The notes: a model not told the origin generated them from the letters alone. Numbered from the stretch's first letter, positions 28,965 through 40,208 are shown. The stretch is 64,000 bases of DNA from Bacilli bacterium (GCA_036342255.1 JAZAUS010000005.1:35954-99953); one strand, 5' to 3'. Program-made: numbers and translations.

Positions 28965-30165
28965 TCATTATCTCCATTGAAAATTTACCATTTTCAAAAA
29001 TTTTAATTTTATTACCATTTCTAGTATAACCATCAATATTTAAATCTTTAGTTCCAACCATAAAATCAACATGCTGTTTTGAAACATTTACCCCATTTTT
29101 TAATAGCTCTTCTTCTTCCATTTTTAATCCATCTTTTAAGCATTCATTAAAACCAGCTCCTAATGCCAAATGACAAGAAGCATTTTCATCAATTAACGTC
29201 GTACCAAAATTTATATTCATAGCATCAATAGGACTATCCACTTCAACAAGAGCAGCCTCTCCCAAATAGCAAGAATTATCATCAGTATTAATTATTTCAC
29301 TTAACACTTCCTTACCCTTTTTAGCATCATATGAAATAACCTTACCATCCTTAAACTTAATCCAAAAGTCTTCTATTAAAGCCCCGTTATAAACTAATGG
29401 TTTTGAACTATAAACAATACCATTAGTTTTATTATATACAGGACTAGTAAATATCTCATAACTAGGCATATTAACAATTACATTATTATCTTTAGCATTA
29501 CTAAACATATATCCAACAGGTAAATATATCTCTAAATCAGTACCTAAAGAATTAGTATAATGAAGCTTTTCCAAATCTAAATTATTCATTACATTTATTA
29601 TTTTTTTATTTTTATCTAATAAACTATCCCACTCTTTAATAGGATTATCTCTATCAATCATACACATTTTAAAAATAGCATCTTTTAATTTAGAATATGC
29701 ATCATTATCATTATAAATATCCTTAGCCCACACTTCATTAGGATATGCTGCTATACACCAAGATAATTCACATTTCTTTTGTAATTTTCTATATAAAGGT
29801 TTTGTATTTTGCTTAACTTTAGAAGCATATCCTATTATTTTAGGATCAATATCATCCATTAAATGAGGAATCTCTGTATCAAACATCAAGAAACTAGCTC
29901 CTTTAGCAGCATATTCATCCCACACTTTTTTATTAAAATAAGGACTTTCATCTATCTCATCATAAGACTTCTCTTTTAAAAAATCATGTACCTTATATTT
30001 ATCTTCACCTTCTAAATAAATATCTTCTACACCCATTTTTCTAACTTTGTCCACTAATTTATCAACAAATTTTTCAATTTCTTTATTATAACTAATAAAC
30101 AAAACTGGTACTTCTTTAATATTAGTACATCTTTCTATTAATAAATCTATATATTTATCATCCAT
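28948..30165 (-). CDS. Aminopeptidase, M29 family (PepS/AmpS-like)
   Basis: [38 protein letters not shown]. Confidence 0.92.
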   Translation of the reverse strand: MDDKYIDLLIERCTNIKEVPVLFISYNKEIEKFVDKLVDKVRKMGVEDIYLEGEDKYKVHDFLKEKSYDEIDESPYFNKKVWDEYAAKGASFLMFDTEIPHLMDDIDPKIIGYASKVKQNTKPLYRKLQKKCELSWCIAAYPNEVWAKDIYNDNDAYSKLKDAIFKMCMIDRDNPIKEWDSLLDKNKKIINVMNNLDLEKLHYTNSLGTDLEIYLPVGYMFSNAKDNNVIVNMPSYEIFTSPVYNKTNGIVYSSKPLVYNGALIEDFWIKFKDGKVISYDAKKGKEVLSEIINTDDNSCYLGEAALVEVDSPIDAMNINFGTTLIDENASCHLALGAGFNECLKDGLKMEEEELLKNGVNVSKQHVDFMVGTKDLNIDGYTRNGNKIKIFENGKFSMEIMNACKD

Positions 30166-30220
30166 GCTTAATCACCCTTTATCTACTATACCACAATTCA
30201 TCACATAAATTATATTTTTT

Positions 30221-33070
30221 TTATTTTAATTCAATTATTCTTTCCCAAGAAGCATAAATATTATGACTTTTATTATTAGCTAATTCTATATCACTATTAA
30301 TTTTTACTCCTCCACCAAAAGGACTAGTATACCAACCATCAAATTTATATTTTTTGCGAGTTGGAGCTAAAAATGAACCATAATTAGATCCTTTAGCAAT
30401 AGTCATTTTATAATCACTAGATACTTCAAAAGGAGATAATCCTCTACCATATATGTAAGCATTATAAACCCGTCCATGTAAAGCATCACCTGACATACTA
30501 TTACATGTTGAACCATAAGGATTACCACCAATAGCCATTATCGTATTAGCCACTGGAACTCCTATAACAGCAGGTTTTTTATCATCAGTTAAAACTGTCA
30601 TATGTCCTTCTTGAATTCCATTAACATAAATATCCAACATATATCCATCAAAAGTCAAAACAACACTATATTCTTTACCAACTTCAGGTACAATATTAGT
30701 TTTTATATTTTTATATGAACCATCTATATAATATTCACCAGCTATAACACTACCTTGCTCCCCAGATGCTATATAAATGCCTCCTCCTCCATCTTCCCAA
30801 TTACCAATAATATATTGACGAGATTCAGGATTTTCTTTTAATGAACTAATTGAAAAAGTAACACCAATAGTTTGATAATCACTATTAATTTTTCCTAATG
30901 AAACACAAGTCGAAGACCCATTAAATATTAAAGACTCTCCATATTCTTTCTCCCATTCTCCATTTACAATACTTCCATTATTATTACCAAACATATCATA
31001 CCAAACTGTTGTATCCTCAGAATGCTCATAATCATCACTAACAACATTATAAACTGCATCATATTTAGAAATCAAATAATTATTAACAGCATTAGTTCCA
31101 CCATTTCCCCTATATTTAATATCTAATAATTCGTCATTTTCATAAGCACTAACACGAAATCCTTCAGATGTTTCCATACTATCATTTATCATAACTGTTT
31201 CATAATTATTATTATCATTTGAAACAAAAGTTTTAGCATCTTTATATGTTCTACCATCCTTAAAATAATGCCATACAGCTATCTCATCCAAATTATATGT
31301 TTCACCCAAATCTACAGTAACACATTGATTTCCATTTTCTAATTGAACATATCCACTATTAATATCTCCATCATTTATTGACGCAATATTATGAGTACCC
31401 CATTCTGTATTTACAGTACTATAATTTAATATAGATTTACCTTTTGCAACATTAAAGCCATTACTATCTATAGCTTGTATTTCAACCCAATGATTACCAG
31501 AATTCATTGAATTACCATTTATACAATCTTTAATATATCTTACATTATCCAATTTATGATTCTTTCTCGTTGGAGCATTAGGTCCACTATAAGTTATTCT
31601 AACTCTACCATCACCACTATTAACTCCCCTATACATTTTACCATGTAAAAAATGTTCAGTAATATATGATGAAACAGGTGTTAAAGAACTTTTTGTATTA
31701 TTTGTATGCCCTTTAGTACTCTCAATTACACCATTAACACCAGCATAGCCAGCTATATATGAAGAACCTCCTGCACCAGGATAACCATGACCTAAAGCGC
31801 CACCATACCAACCAGCGCCGCCGCCGCCACCCCAGCCAACTTCATCACCATACTTTGGAGCACCTCCACCAAAACCAAATCCAGCAGTTCTTTTTATAAA
31901 TAATTCAGCTGCTCCTGGAATATAATCTAAATCAGTTCTATTATTACGACCTGTTCCACAAATATTTTGTTTACCACCCCTTGGAACATTTTTAGAAATT
32001 GGATTTTCATTAGGTTCTAAATCATAGCGTAAATAAGTATACAATGATGAAGCATCATCACCAAATAACCTACCACCATGAGCACCAGATAAAAAATAAC
32101 TTCCTAATTTTGAATCGCCACCCAATTCTGGAGCAACTACAACAGCACCGCCACCTCCAGCAGCAACCATTATTCTTTTATTTAAATTATTACCAGATCC
32201 AGCAAGTCTAATATCAGCAGCGCCACCACCACCACGATTATAATTATTACCAGATCCATGATCATACCAACCGGAATTACCACCAACATTAGAAGTACCA
32301 CTACTTCCATTAACACCAGTATATCCACCTATTGAATAATAAGCAGTTTGACTAACAACAGGTTGATTACCAACATTTATTTCTAAAACAGTACCCCTAT
32401 TTAAATAAATATAGCCCTCTGTCTGACTACCTCTACCACCAACATAATAATTATCATAATCACCACCCTGAGCTCCCCAAGCTTCAATTTTATAATAACC
32501 ATTTTGTGGAGCTTCAAATGTCTGTACTGCATTTTTAGCAGTATAAACATAAACAAGTGGAAAAGGTTCCTGTTTATATACATATAACTTAATATCATAA
32601 CTATTATCATCATATATACTATTAATAGGAATCTTAATAGCCTTTTGCCCTATTACTTCAATCTTACCAAATTCAGCAAACCTAGGAATCTTTCTTTTAT
32701 AATATGAAGAATCTTTAATAAAATCTTCACCATTTAATTTACCATATTCTATTATTTTATCCCCAGAATCATTCTTAGAAACTTTAATTCTTAAATTAAC
32801 ATCTCTTAAACCTTCTTGAGCAACTAAATCAACACTATAATCAGTTTTTGTTTTATAACTAATACTATGATATTTTTCTAAATCATTCATAATATTTTTA
32901 GTAATATTTATCTTAGTATTCAATAAATCAGTTGATTCATATACCCCCATATTTATATCTTTAAATTTATATGTTAAATTTAACAAATAATAAGCAACAG
33001 AAAAAGCTATTACAGAAGCTAATACTATTTCTACTAACATATACCCCCTATTATCCAATTTTTTTAACAT
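30221..33070 (-). CDS. Giant type IV prepilin-like adhesin (Gly-rich, discoidin-like, LamG-like and InlB-B-repeat-like domains)
   Basis: RG|YMLVE prepilin site; EAWGAQGG..AAGGGG Gly-rich domain; NHWVEIQA..VDLG..Y.LDEI.VWHY; LamG-like VVLTFDG..IYVNG; C-terminal F.GWYT..IYASW. Confidence 0.7.
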   Translation of the reverse strand: MLKKLDNRGYMLVEIVLASVIAFSVAYYLLNLTYKFKDINMGVYESTDLLNTKINITKNIMNDLEKYHSISYKTKTDYSVDLVAQEGLRDVNLRIKVSKNDSGDKIIEYGKLNGEDFIKDSSYYKRKIPRFAEFGKIEVIGQKAIKIPINSIYDDNSYDIKLYVYKQEPFPLVYVYTAKNAVQTFEAPQNGYYKIEAWGAQGGDYDNYYVGGRGSQTEGYIYLNRGTVLEINVGNQPVVSQTAYYSIGGYTGVNGSSGTSNVGGNSGWYDHGSGNNYNRGGGGAADIRLAGSGNNLNKRIMVAAGGGGAVVVAPELGGDSKLGSYFLSGAHGGRLFGDDASSLYTYLRYDLEPNENPISKNVPRGGKQNICGTGRNNRTDLDYIPGAAELFIKRTAGFGFGGGAPKYGDEVGWGGGGGAGWYGGALGHGYPGAGGSSYIAGYAGVNGVIESTKGHTNNTKSSLTPVSSYITEHFLHGKMYRGVNSGDGRVRITYSGPNAPTRKNHKLDNVRYIKDCINGNSMNSGNHWVEIQAIDSNGFNVAKGKSILNYSTVNTEWGTHNIASINDGDINSGYVQLENGNQCVTVDLGETYNLDEIAVWHYFKDGRTYKDAKTFVSNDNNNYETVMINDSMETSEGFRVSAYENDELLDIKYRGNGGTNAVNNYLISKYDAVYNVVSDDYEHSEDTTVWYDMFGNNNGSIVNGEWEKEYGESLIFNGSSTCVSLGKINSDYQTIGVTFSISSLKENPESRQYIIGNWEDGGGGIYIASGEQGSVIAGEYYIDGSYKNIKTNIVPEVGKEYSVVLTFDGYMLDIYVNGIQEGHMTVLTDDKKPAVIGVPVANTIMAIGGNPYGSTCNSMSGDALHGRVYNAYIYGRGLSPFEVSSDYKMTIAKGSNYGSFLAPTRKKYKFDGWYTSPFGGGVKINSDIELANNKSHNIYASWERIIELK

Positions 33071-33074
33071 ATAA

Positions 33075-33680
33075 TCACCCTAATCTTATACTTGAGTAAT
33101 AATATTTCTTATTACTATTCTTATATTCTACAACAAACAAATAATTATATAATTCTGAACTATAATTAAAATCAACTTCCTCATCTAAAAAATCATCATC
33201 TTCTTCAACTAACTCTTTAATATTATAATATGTAACTATATAATCAATATAATCTTTAAATGTATTTTTAATATTAATAACATTATCATTTTTAAAATCC
33301 TCTAATGCTTTTTTATCATATTTTATTACATACATATTTTGAATTTGATACTCATCCTTTAACGCTTCACAAAAATCGCCACCATATTCCTGACATACTT
33401 CATTTTTTATAATAGCAGCATACTCCTCAGTCCCCTTTACCTTATCTTCAGGCGACACTCTAGATAACAAATCGCCTAAACTTTTAGTACCCATCAATGA
33501 ATTAACCATCTCTCTAGCTGCAAAAACACCATCTATATCATAATAAGTCATTCTAACATTATAATTTTTATATAATTTATTAAATACAACATATAAACCA
33601 ACTAAGGAAGTTAAAACTACCGTAGAAGTTATTACAACTTCTGCCAACATAAACCCTTTATTATTTTTCAATTTTATCAC
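33075..33680 (-). CDS. Type IV prepilin-like protein (likely TTG start at 33671)
   Basis: KG|FMLAEV class III signal with Glu at +5, then a hydrophobic helix; AAGGTG RBS. Confidence 0.8.
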   Translation of the reverse strand: MIKLKNNKGFMLAEVVITSTVVLTSLVGLYVVFNKLYKNYNVRMTYYDIDGVFAAREMVNSLMGTKSLGDLLSRVSPEDKVKGTEEYAAIIKNEVCQEYGGDFCEALKDEYQIQNMYVIKYDKKALEDFKNDNVINIKNTFKDYIDYIVTYYNIKELVEEDDDFLDEEVDFNYSSELYNYLFVVEYKNSNKKYYYSSIRLG

Positions 33681-33688
33681 CTTTTGTA

Positions 33689-33717
33689 TTGCTATTCTTT
33701 TAAATATATTATATAAT
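33689..33717 (+). promoter_or_regulatory. Sigma-A promoter for the PilB-like gene
   Basis: TTGCTA, 17-nt spacer, TATAAT. Confidence 0.6.
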
Positions 33718-33764
33718 AATAATGTTATAAAGTAAAGATAAAAAAGAATGGAACGGGATAATTT

Positions 33765-35168
33765 ATGAACAATAATATCAATAATTCTAATGATAATTTA
33801 ACTAATAATACAAATAATAATGTAGCTAATAATGGAATTAATACTGCTATTAATAATAACGCTGCTGTAAACAACCAAAACATAGATAATCAAGTTACAA
33901 CTACAAATAATAGCACTACTCAATTAACTAACGATGAAACAAATAATTTTAATGATTATGCAGCTAAAAAAGTTATTAATTTTGATACAACCCCAATTGT
34001 TGATATTGTTAATTATATTTTATTAACAGCAGCTAAAAAAAGTGCATCAGATATTCACTTTGATCCAGCAGATAATCATATGAAAGTCCGTTTTAGAATT
34101 GATGGAAAACTTGATACATTTACAATTGTTCCAAATACAGCTAAACAAAACTTAATAGCAAGACTTAAAATATTATCTGGTATGAATATTACAGAAACTA
34201 GATTACCTCAAGATGGAGCTATTAGAACAAATATCGAAGGCGTAGCATTAGATATGCGTGTTTCTTCTTTGCCAACCAAACGTGGTGAAAAAATAGTTAT
34301 TCGTATTATGGACTACTCTATGAGTCTTCAAGGACTAGAATCTTTATGTTTTAACGATATAAATTATAAAAAAGTATTAAAAATGATTGGTGTACCTAAC
34401 GGTATTATTCTAGTAACTGGAGCTACTGGTAGTGGTAAATCAACAACTGTTTATTCAATCTTACAACGTCTAAATACAGAAGATGTTAACTTAATTACCG
34501 TTGAAGACCCAGTTGAAATGGAATTAGAAGGTATGAACCAAGTACAAGTTAATAGCGAAATTGGCTTAGATTTTGCAGCTGTTTTACGTAGTATCTTAAG
34601 ACAAGACCCTAACGTAATAATGATTGGAGAGATCAGAGATAGTGAAACAGCTCAAATAGCAGTTAGAGCATCTATCACTGGACACTTAGTTCTTTCAACA
34701 ATTCACACCAATAACTCTCTATCTACTATCGAAAGACTTTTAGATATGGATGTTGAAAGATACCTATTATCAAGTGCCTTAGAAGGAATAATATCTCAAA
34801 AACTAGCCAGAAGATTATGTGAAAAATGCAGACGTGTAAGAAATACAAATGATTATGAAAAAAATCTATTTAGAACCGTTTTAGGACTAGAAGTAAAACA
34901 AGTATTTGAACCAGTAGGTTGTTCAGAATGTAGTTTTGGTTTCAAAGGTCGTATCGCTTTACACGAAGTATTATTAATAAATCAAGAAATAAGAGATGCT
35001 ATTAGTAATAATATATCTCGTGAAGAATTAAGAAAAATAGTTTATAGTAAAGATGTTATAACCATGGTACAAGATGGATTTTATAAAGTACTAGCAGGCT
35101 TTACTACTGTTACAGAAGTATTAAAGATGATTGAACTTGATGACGAAATTGATGAAGCAAAAAACTAA
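33765..35168 (+). CDS. GspE/PilB-family pilus assembly ATPase
   Basis: ASDIHFDP, RLPQDG, GATGSGKST (Walker A), TVEDPVE, LRQDPNVIMIGEIRD, TGHLVLSTIHTN, CEKC/CSEC zinc motif. Confidence 0.93.
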   Translation: MNNNINNSNDNLTNNTNNNVANNGINTAINNNAAVNNQNIDNQVTTTNNSTTQLTNDETNNFNDYAAKKVINFDTTPIVDIVNYILLTAAKKSASDIHFDPADNHMKVRFRIDGKLDTFTIVPNTAKQNLIARLKILSGMNITETRLPQDGAIRTNIEGVALDMRVSSLPTKRGEKIVIRIMDYSMSLQGLESLCFNDINYKKVLKMIGVPNGIILVTGATGSGKSTTVYSILQRLNTEDVNLITVEDPVEMELEGMNQVQVNSEIGLDFAAVLRSILRQDPNVIMIGEIRDSETAQIAVRASITGHLVLSTIHTNNSLSTIERLLDMDVERYLLSSALEGIISQKLARRLCEKCRRVRNTNDYEKNLFRTVLGLEVKQVFEPVGCSECSFGFKGRIALHEVLLINQEIRDAISNNISREELRKIVYSKDVITMVQDGFYKVLAGFTTVTEVLKMIELDDEIDEAKN

Positions 35169-35198
35169 TATTAGATTAAACTAATATTAGTTTTTTTT
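35161..35198. terminator. Bidirectional terminator between convergent genes
   Basis: aaaactaatattag-attaaa-ctaatattagtttt(tttt). Confidence 0.65.
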
Positions 35199-36266
35199 AT
35201 AACTAATACGATAAGTATTATAATTTCTAATAATTCTCTTTACATCAATTAATCTCTTTTTCCTAACATCATCTAAAACAATATTACATAAATTAACAAT
35301 ATCATTACCATCAACAACCTCAAAATTAATATCATTATTATTAAAAACATTTAATATCCTATCAACTGACTTCATACATTTATTATTATTAATATCAGAT
35401 AACACATATATTATCTTATCTACATTATCCCATATATAATTAATATATCCATCTAATAATTCAATATATATATCACTAGATATTTTACCATCCAAATAAT
35501 CCATATCCAATTTTAATAATTTATTAAAAACATCACTCTTATCTATCGAAACAAATAAATCATCAAAACCAATATTAGCATCCAAATCATCTATTATTTT
35601 ATCTACCTCATTACTATTACCACCTATAACCATATTATAGTATTTTTTATTATCTATAAAACTATATAACTTCACTAACTCCATCTTTTTATAATCTATA
35701 ACATCATAATTCTTATTCTTATTATAAAAAATACTATCAATATTATTTCTTAGTTTCTTAAACATAGACAAATTCTTATCCTGATTAAAAATTAATGATT
35801 TATATACACCTTCCCAATACCATAGTTTCTTATCTCTACCTCTAGAAAAAGCTGAATAATCTTCTTTTCCATTTCTACCAAATAAATATAATAAATCTTC
35901 CGTATTACTTATCTTATCACAAGCTACAACAGCTTTATGTCTCAAATCTAAATTCTTTATTCTATCAATAGTCCCCTGTTTTCTTTCTTCCCAACTTAAA
36001 CTTTTATCTTCTTCCGTAGCTCCTTCAACTAATGAAGCTATATCATCACCAAATACATTTCTTATATCTTCTATCGTATAATCTGTATCTTCTACAACAT
36101 CATGCAAATAACCAGCTGCTATAACATTATCATCAAATCCATATTCTTCTAACTTTTTAGCCACATCTAAAGAATGCAAAACAGAATCCTTTTCTGGTTC
36201 TGCTTTCCTAACTTGTCCCCAAAAAGCCTTAATAGCATACTTCAACGCCATAACTCTAACATTCAT
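35187..36266 (-). CDS. HD-domain small alarmone hydrolase-like protein (Mesh1/RelA-SpoT HD) with an uncharacterised C-terminal half
   Basis: H.LDVA..L, AAGYLHDVVEDT, IASLVEGATE, ACDKISN. Confidence 0.8.
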   Translation of the reverse strand: MNVRVMALKYAIKAFWGQVRKAEPEKDSVLHSLDVAKKLEEYGFDDNVIAAGYLHDVVEDTDYTIEDIRNVFGDDIASLVEGATEEDKSLSWEERKQGTIDRIKNLDLRHKAVVACDKISNTEDLLYLFGRNGKEDYSAFSRGRDKKLWYWEGVYKSLIFNQDKNLSMFKKLRNNIDSIFYNKNKNYDVIDYKKMELVKLYSFIDNKKYYNMVIGGNSNEVDKIIDDLDANIGFDDLFVSIDKSDVFNKLLKLDMDYLDGKISSDIYIELLDGYINYIWDNVDKIIYVLSDINNNKCMKSVDRILNVFNNNDINFEVVDGNDIVNLCNIVLDDVRKKRLIDVKRIIRNYNTYRISYKKN

Positions 36267-36356
36267 TACTTCCTACTCCTTTTTCCATATATATAATAGC
36301 ATAAAAAAAATAATATAGTTAAATGTTAACTAAATAAAAAATAAAGCTTAACTGCT

Positions 36357-37148
36357 TTATTTTTTTAACTCCTCTTTAATAAATTTCTCAATCTCATTAA
36401 CATCCTCACTATTTATTGAATCAACTATCTTATTATTATTTGTAACAAATATATCCTTTGGTAAAGTATTATTATTTATTTTCTCTAATCTATCTAATAT
36501 TGAAAAAACATTTGAAGTAGAAAAATCTACTATATAATACTCAAAATTATATTTCTTAGCCAATTGATTTAGAATCAATCTTAACTTATAAGATTTTTTA
36601 TTAACTGCTAATAGCAAAAATAAATTATTATCCTGCTCCATACTTAATTTTACAAATTCATCACCATCAATACTTTTACCAAATTCTTCATTATTTTCTT
36701 CTTTGATATATTGATTTTCAATTAATATTTTCTTTATTTTATCTTCAACATAACCTACTTCATTATAAAAAGTAAGATTACCTGATTTAATATGTAATAA
36801 AGTTGGAACAAAAATGTTTTTCTTATCATAATCAAACGAATTAAATATATAATTAATCTCTTTACTGTTTATATTAAAAATTGGAATATCTAAATTATAT
36901 AAATCTTTATAATAATTAAATTTTATATCAGCAAATTCACAAGAACCACATTTATCTTTATCATCATTTATATATATCATTACCTCTTCATTATTCCTAA
37001 TCTTATTTACTATATTAGTAGCCTTAGAATTAATTAAACTCATACCATTAGAATTTCTATTACCATTATTATTACTCATAATAAAAACTAATCCAATAAT
37101 ACAAATAATAATTAAAGCAATAATAAATATAATATACCTTTTCTTCAT
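36357..37148 (-). CDS. Membrane-anchored thioredoxin-like fold protein
   Basis: N-terminal TM, CGSC motif, VPTL cis-Pro-like motif; a second degenerate Trx-like half lacks Cys. Confidence 0.55.
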   Translation of the reverse strand: MKKRYIIFIIALIIICIIGLVFIMSNNNGNRNSNGMSLINSKATNIVNKIRNNEEVMIYINDDKDKCGSCEFADIKFNYYKDLYNLDIPIFNINSKEINYIFNSFDYDKKNIFVPTLLHIKSGNLTFYNEVGYVEDKIKKILIENQYIKEENNEEFGKSIDGDEFVKLSMEQDNNLFLLLAVNKKSYKLRLILNQLAKKYNFEYYIVDFSTSNVFSILDRLEKINNNTLPKDIFVTNNNKIVDSINSEDVNEIEKFIKEELKK

Positions 37149-37164
37149 AATTTCATCTCAATTC

Positions 37165-39501
37165 CTATTTTTTTACTATTATATGAGGTCTATACATATA
37201 ATAAACAGTTGTCGAATCACCTGTACCAAAACTAGTACAAAAACTCTTAATATCACATCTTGATAAATTTGCTCGATCTTTACCAAGATGTATATCAACC
37301 CCAGCTGTGCCAGAAATAGTATAATGACCAGCAAACACATAATTAGCATCTGCAAAAGATCTTGATGTATTCTTCTCACTTTTATTTAACTTATATGTAT
37401 GCCAATTTGTATATGCATAATGTGTAGAATTTTTATTCTTAAATATTAACATTTCCTTATTATCAAAATCTGAACCATCAGTATTTAACCCACACATATA
37501 AAATCTAAAACTCTGTGATTCCTTTGCCACTGCATAATTAGTAGCTCCACTAGTTATATAAACAAAAGACAAATTATTACTATCAGCAGGCGTATCAGCA
37601 TGACCTCTAGTCCAATAGAAAGACCCAGTTGCATAATTATTACAATTACCAACATTACTAAATGTATCACTACTTACAGTATTTAATTTTTCATGATATC
37701 CTGCAAGTCGAGTGCCTTTAACTGGTGCTTCATATCCCGTATTTATTTTAGGTACACTGGAACATGCCTCACCAGCACCATAAGTAGATCCAGCTTCACA
37801 AACTGGCATTGCTGATGTATAAAACGTATAAGCAGCTCCCATAGTACTATATGATCTAGGACTACTATCATATATTACACCATCACTAACCCAATAAGAA
37901 CCACTAATTTGATCTTCTTCATTAACAGATCTTGTCACATTAGAATCTATTGTAGTAATAAAACCAGCTTTATATTCATCACTTATCTTACCAGTAGCAT
38001 CACCAAAATCTTTAATATAGTTATAAACACTTGAAGCCCCAGTACCAGTGGAATTACTATAACTATTACCATAAACATAACCTACTGTATCTCTTAAAGC
38101 CAAATCACACGTATCTGTATTATTAGCAATTGTATACCATTTCTTACCCATATAAATAGTTTCACTACCAGCACTACCACATGTAAAACTTCTTTCCCAT
38201 TGTGCATAATACTTAATTTCATCAGCTCCACTATTATTCTTTATTTCCATTCCTACATCTAATAAATCACCAGAATTATCTTTCTTCCAACCAATAAATT
38301 TTCTTCCTATTAATAAAAAGCCATTATCTTTTAATAAACATTTCTTATTATAATTACATAATTGCTCTTCTGTTATACCAGTAGCATTATCATCTCCACT
38401 TAAATATATAACTTTATAACTAGATTTAATTTTAGGAATAACTTTACTAACAACACTCCTATTACTAGATTCATCCCATAATTCAGCATATACTCTTTTA
38501 TCATCAGATAAAATATTCTCTTCTATTTTAAATTTTATTTCATCACTATTCTTTAATATATATAATTGATTCTTAGTAATACTACTAGCTTTAGTTGCCT
38601 CACAACTACCATAATCACTACATTTATATATATTATAATCACCATCTATATTAGCATCTACATCTGATTTAAAATAACGAAATGCCAAATTATTATAAAT
38701 ATTTGAAACATCATAATTTATTGTAACTTCTCTATAACTACTAATAAACTTACTAGGTTTAATAGAAATAGCAGAATCTTCTATTTCTTTAGTACTAATA
38801 CCCGCAAATTCACACATATCAACATTATTATACTTAAAACATATTTTTAATTTATATAAAGTACCACTAAATAAATTAAGTAAATTACAGTTCTTACCAC
38901 CATTACAAGATGCATTTTTATCATATTGATTATTAATACCATAAGTTATAGATAAATCATTAGCATTTATCTTACTATCACTTAAATCAATATCAAATAA
39001 TATACGATCAGTATAACTTCCCTTTAAATCTATATCAAACAATTTTAAATAATCATTCATTATCGATAATTCACACTGTTCCTCATTTTTAGACTCCGTA
39101 TCAAAATTAACTTCATATTCACTTGAATCTAAATTCTTCTTAATCATTAACAAAGAATTATTATTAATTTTATTTTGATAAATATCTTTCTTAAAAAAAT
39201 CTTTATTAAAATATCCCTTATTAATTAAGTTTATTACTCTTACACACATATATTTACCAATCTCATTACCATCACTATCATAGTTGATTTTCCAATTATT
39301 ACCATTAGATTCATCATTACCATACATCTCAGCAGCACTTTTAACACTATTAATAGCAACCATAGTAGCTCTTTCCTTACTTTTAGATATAGTTGAATTA
39401 AATACTACAAATCCAATTCCACCAACAATACCAATAATTGCTATAGCTACTAATAACTCAATCAAAGAAAATCCATAATCCTTCTTTTTTATTTTTTTCA
39501 T
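37165..39501 (-). CDS. Large type IV prepilin-like adhesin (start moved from 39579 to MKKIKK at 39501)
   Basis: YG|FSLIELLVAIAIIGIV prepilin site; InlB-B-repeat-like FIGW..YYAQW; GAGGTG RBS and TGGTATAAT element (39527-39535). Confidence 0.8.
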   Translation of the reverse strand: MKKIKKKDYGFSLIELLVAIAIIGIVGGIGFVVFNSTISKSKERATMVAINSVKSAAEMYGNDESNGNNWKINYDSDGNEIGKYMCVRVINLINKGYFNKDFFKKDIYQNKINNNSLLMIKKNLDSSEYEVNFDTESKNEEQCELSIMNDYLKLFDIDLKGSYTDRILFDIDLSDSKINANDLSITYGINNQYDKNASCNGGKNCNLLNLFSGTLYKLKICFKYNNVDMCEFAGISTKEIEDSAISIKPSKFISSYREVTINYDVSNIYNNLAFRYFKSDVDANIDGDYNIYKCSDYGSCEATKASSITKNQLYILKNSDEIKFKIEENILSDDKRVYAELWDESSNRSVVSKVIPKIKSSYKVIYLSGDDNATGITEEQLCNYNKKCLLKDNGFLLIGRKFIGWKKDNSGDLLDVGMEIKNNSGADEIKYYAQWERSFTCGSAGSETIYMGKKWYTIANNTDTCDLALRDTVGYVYGNSYSNSTGTGASSVYNYIKDFGDATGKISDEYKAGFITTIDSNVTRSVNEEDQISGSYWVSDGVIYDSSPRSYSTMGAAYTFYTSAMPVCEAGSTYGAGEACSSVPKINTGYEAPVKGTRLAGYHEKLNTVSSDTFSNVGNCNNYATGSFYWTRGHADTPADSNNLSFVYITSGATNYAVAKESQSFRFYMCGLNTDGSDFDNKEMLIFKNKNSTHYAYTNWHTYKLNKSEKNTSRSFADANYVFAGHYTISGTAGVDIHLGKDRANLSRCDIKSFCTSFGTGDSTTVYYMYRPHIIVKK

Positions 39502-39545
39502 ATTCACACCTCTATATTCTAATATAATTATACCATCACTAATAT

Positions 39546-40103
39546 TTAAAAAAAGAAAAATCCATAAACAAATCCACAAACAGCCCCTAAAAGATGACTA
39601 AAATGTGAAACATTATCTTTCTTAAACATTCCATCCATAACTTCACTAACAATATAAAAAACAAATATTAATATCAAAGTTAAAGGAATTTTACCATTCT
39701 GTAAATTAACAAGAGAACTCAATAATATTAACATAAAAGAAATACCACTAGCCCCTAAAATTCCCTTTTTAGAAACAATCATATTTATTAAACCAGTTAT
39801 ACCAGCAGTAATTATAACCATTATAAGTAAATTAATACTACCATATTTTTCTTCAATCATAGGCCCTATTAATAATATATATAAAAAATTATTACGAAAA
39901 TGTTCCCAATTTTCATGACCCAATACATGAGTAAACAACCTTAAATATGTAAATGGATTTAATAAAGATGATCTTCTAGATATAAATAATACTTTATTAC
40001 TTTTTCCCTTAGTCATTTTATTTAATATAAGTGCTATTAAAGATATAAAGAAGAAAGATAATATAACTAAAGAATTATAATTAAAATATTCTAAATAATC
40101 CAT
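39546..40103 (-). CDS. Rhomboid-family intramembrane serine protease
   Basis: RLFTHVLGH...HF.NN, GASG (catalytic Ser), SHFSHLLGAVCG (catalytic His). Confidence 0.9.
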   Translation of the reverse strand: MDYLEYFNYNSLVILSFFFISLIALILNKMTKGKSNKVLFISRRSSLLNPFTYLRLFTHVLGHENWEHFRNNFLYILLIGPMIEEKYGSINLLIMVIITAGITGLINMIVSKKGILGASGISFMLILLSSLVNLQNGKIPLTLILIFVFYIVSEVMDGMFKKDNVSHFSHLLGAVCGFVYGFFFF

Positions 40104-40208
40104 TTAATACACTTCCCTATAATAATAATACCATAAAATAATAAAATTGCATATTATTATTTTAATTATATTAATAAATATGTTAAAATAAAAATAGGAT
40201 GTGAGAAT

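Noticed and set aside
31700-32500. Locally GC-richer ccacc/ccgcc-rich region as a foreign element or RNA gene
   Set aside because: It is explained by Gly/Ala codons of the glycine-rich domain in the 949-aa pilin.
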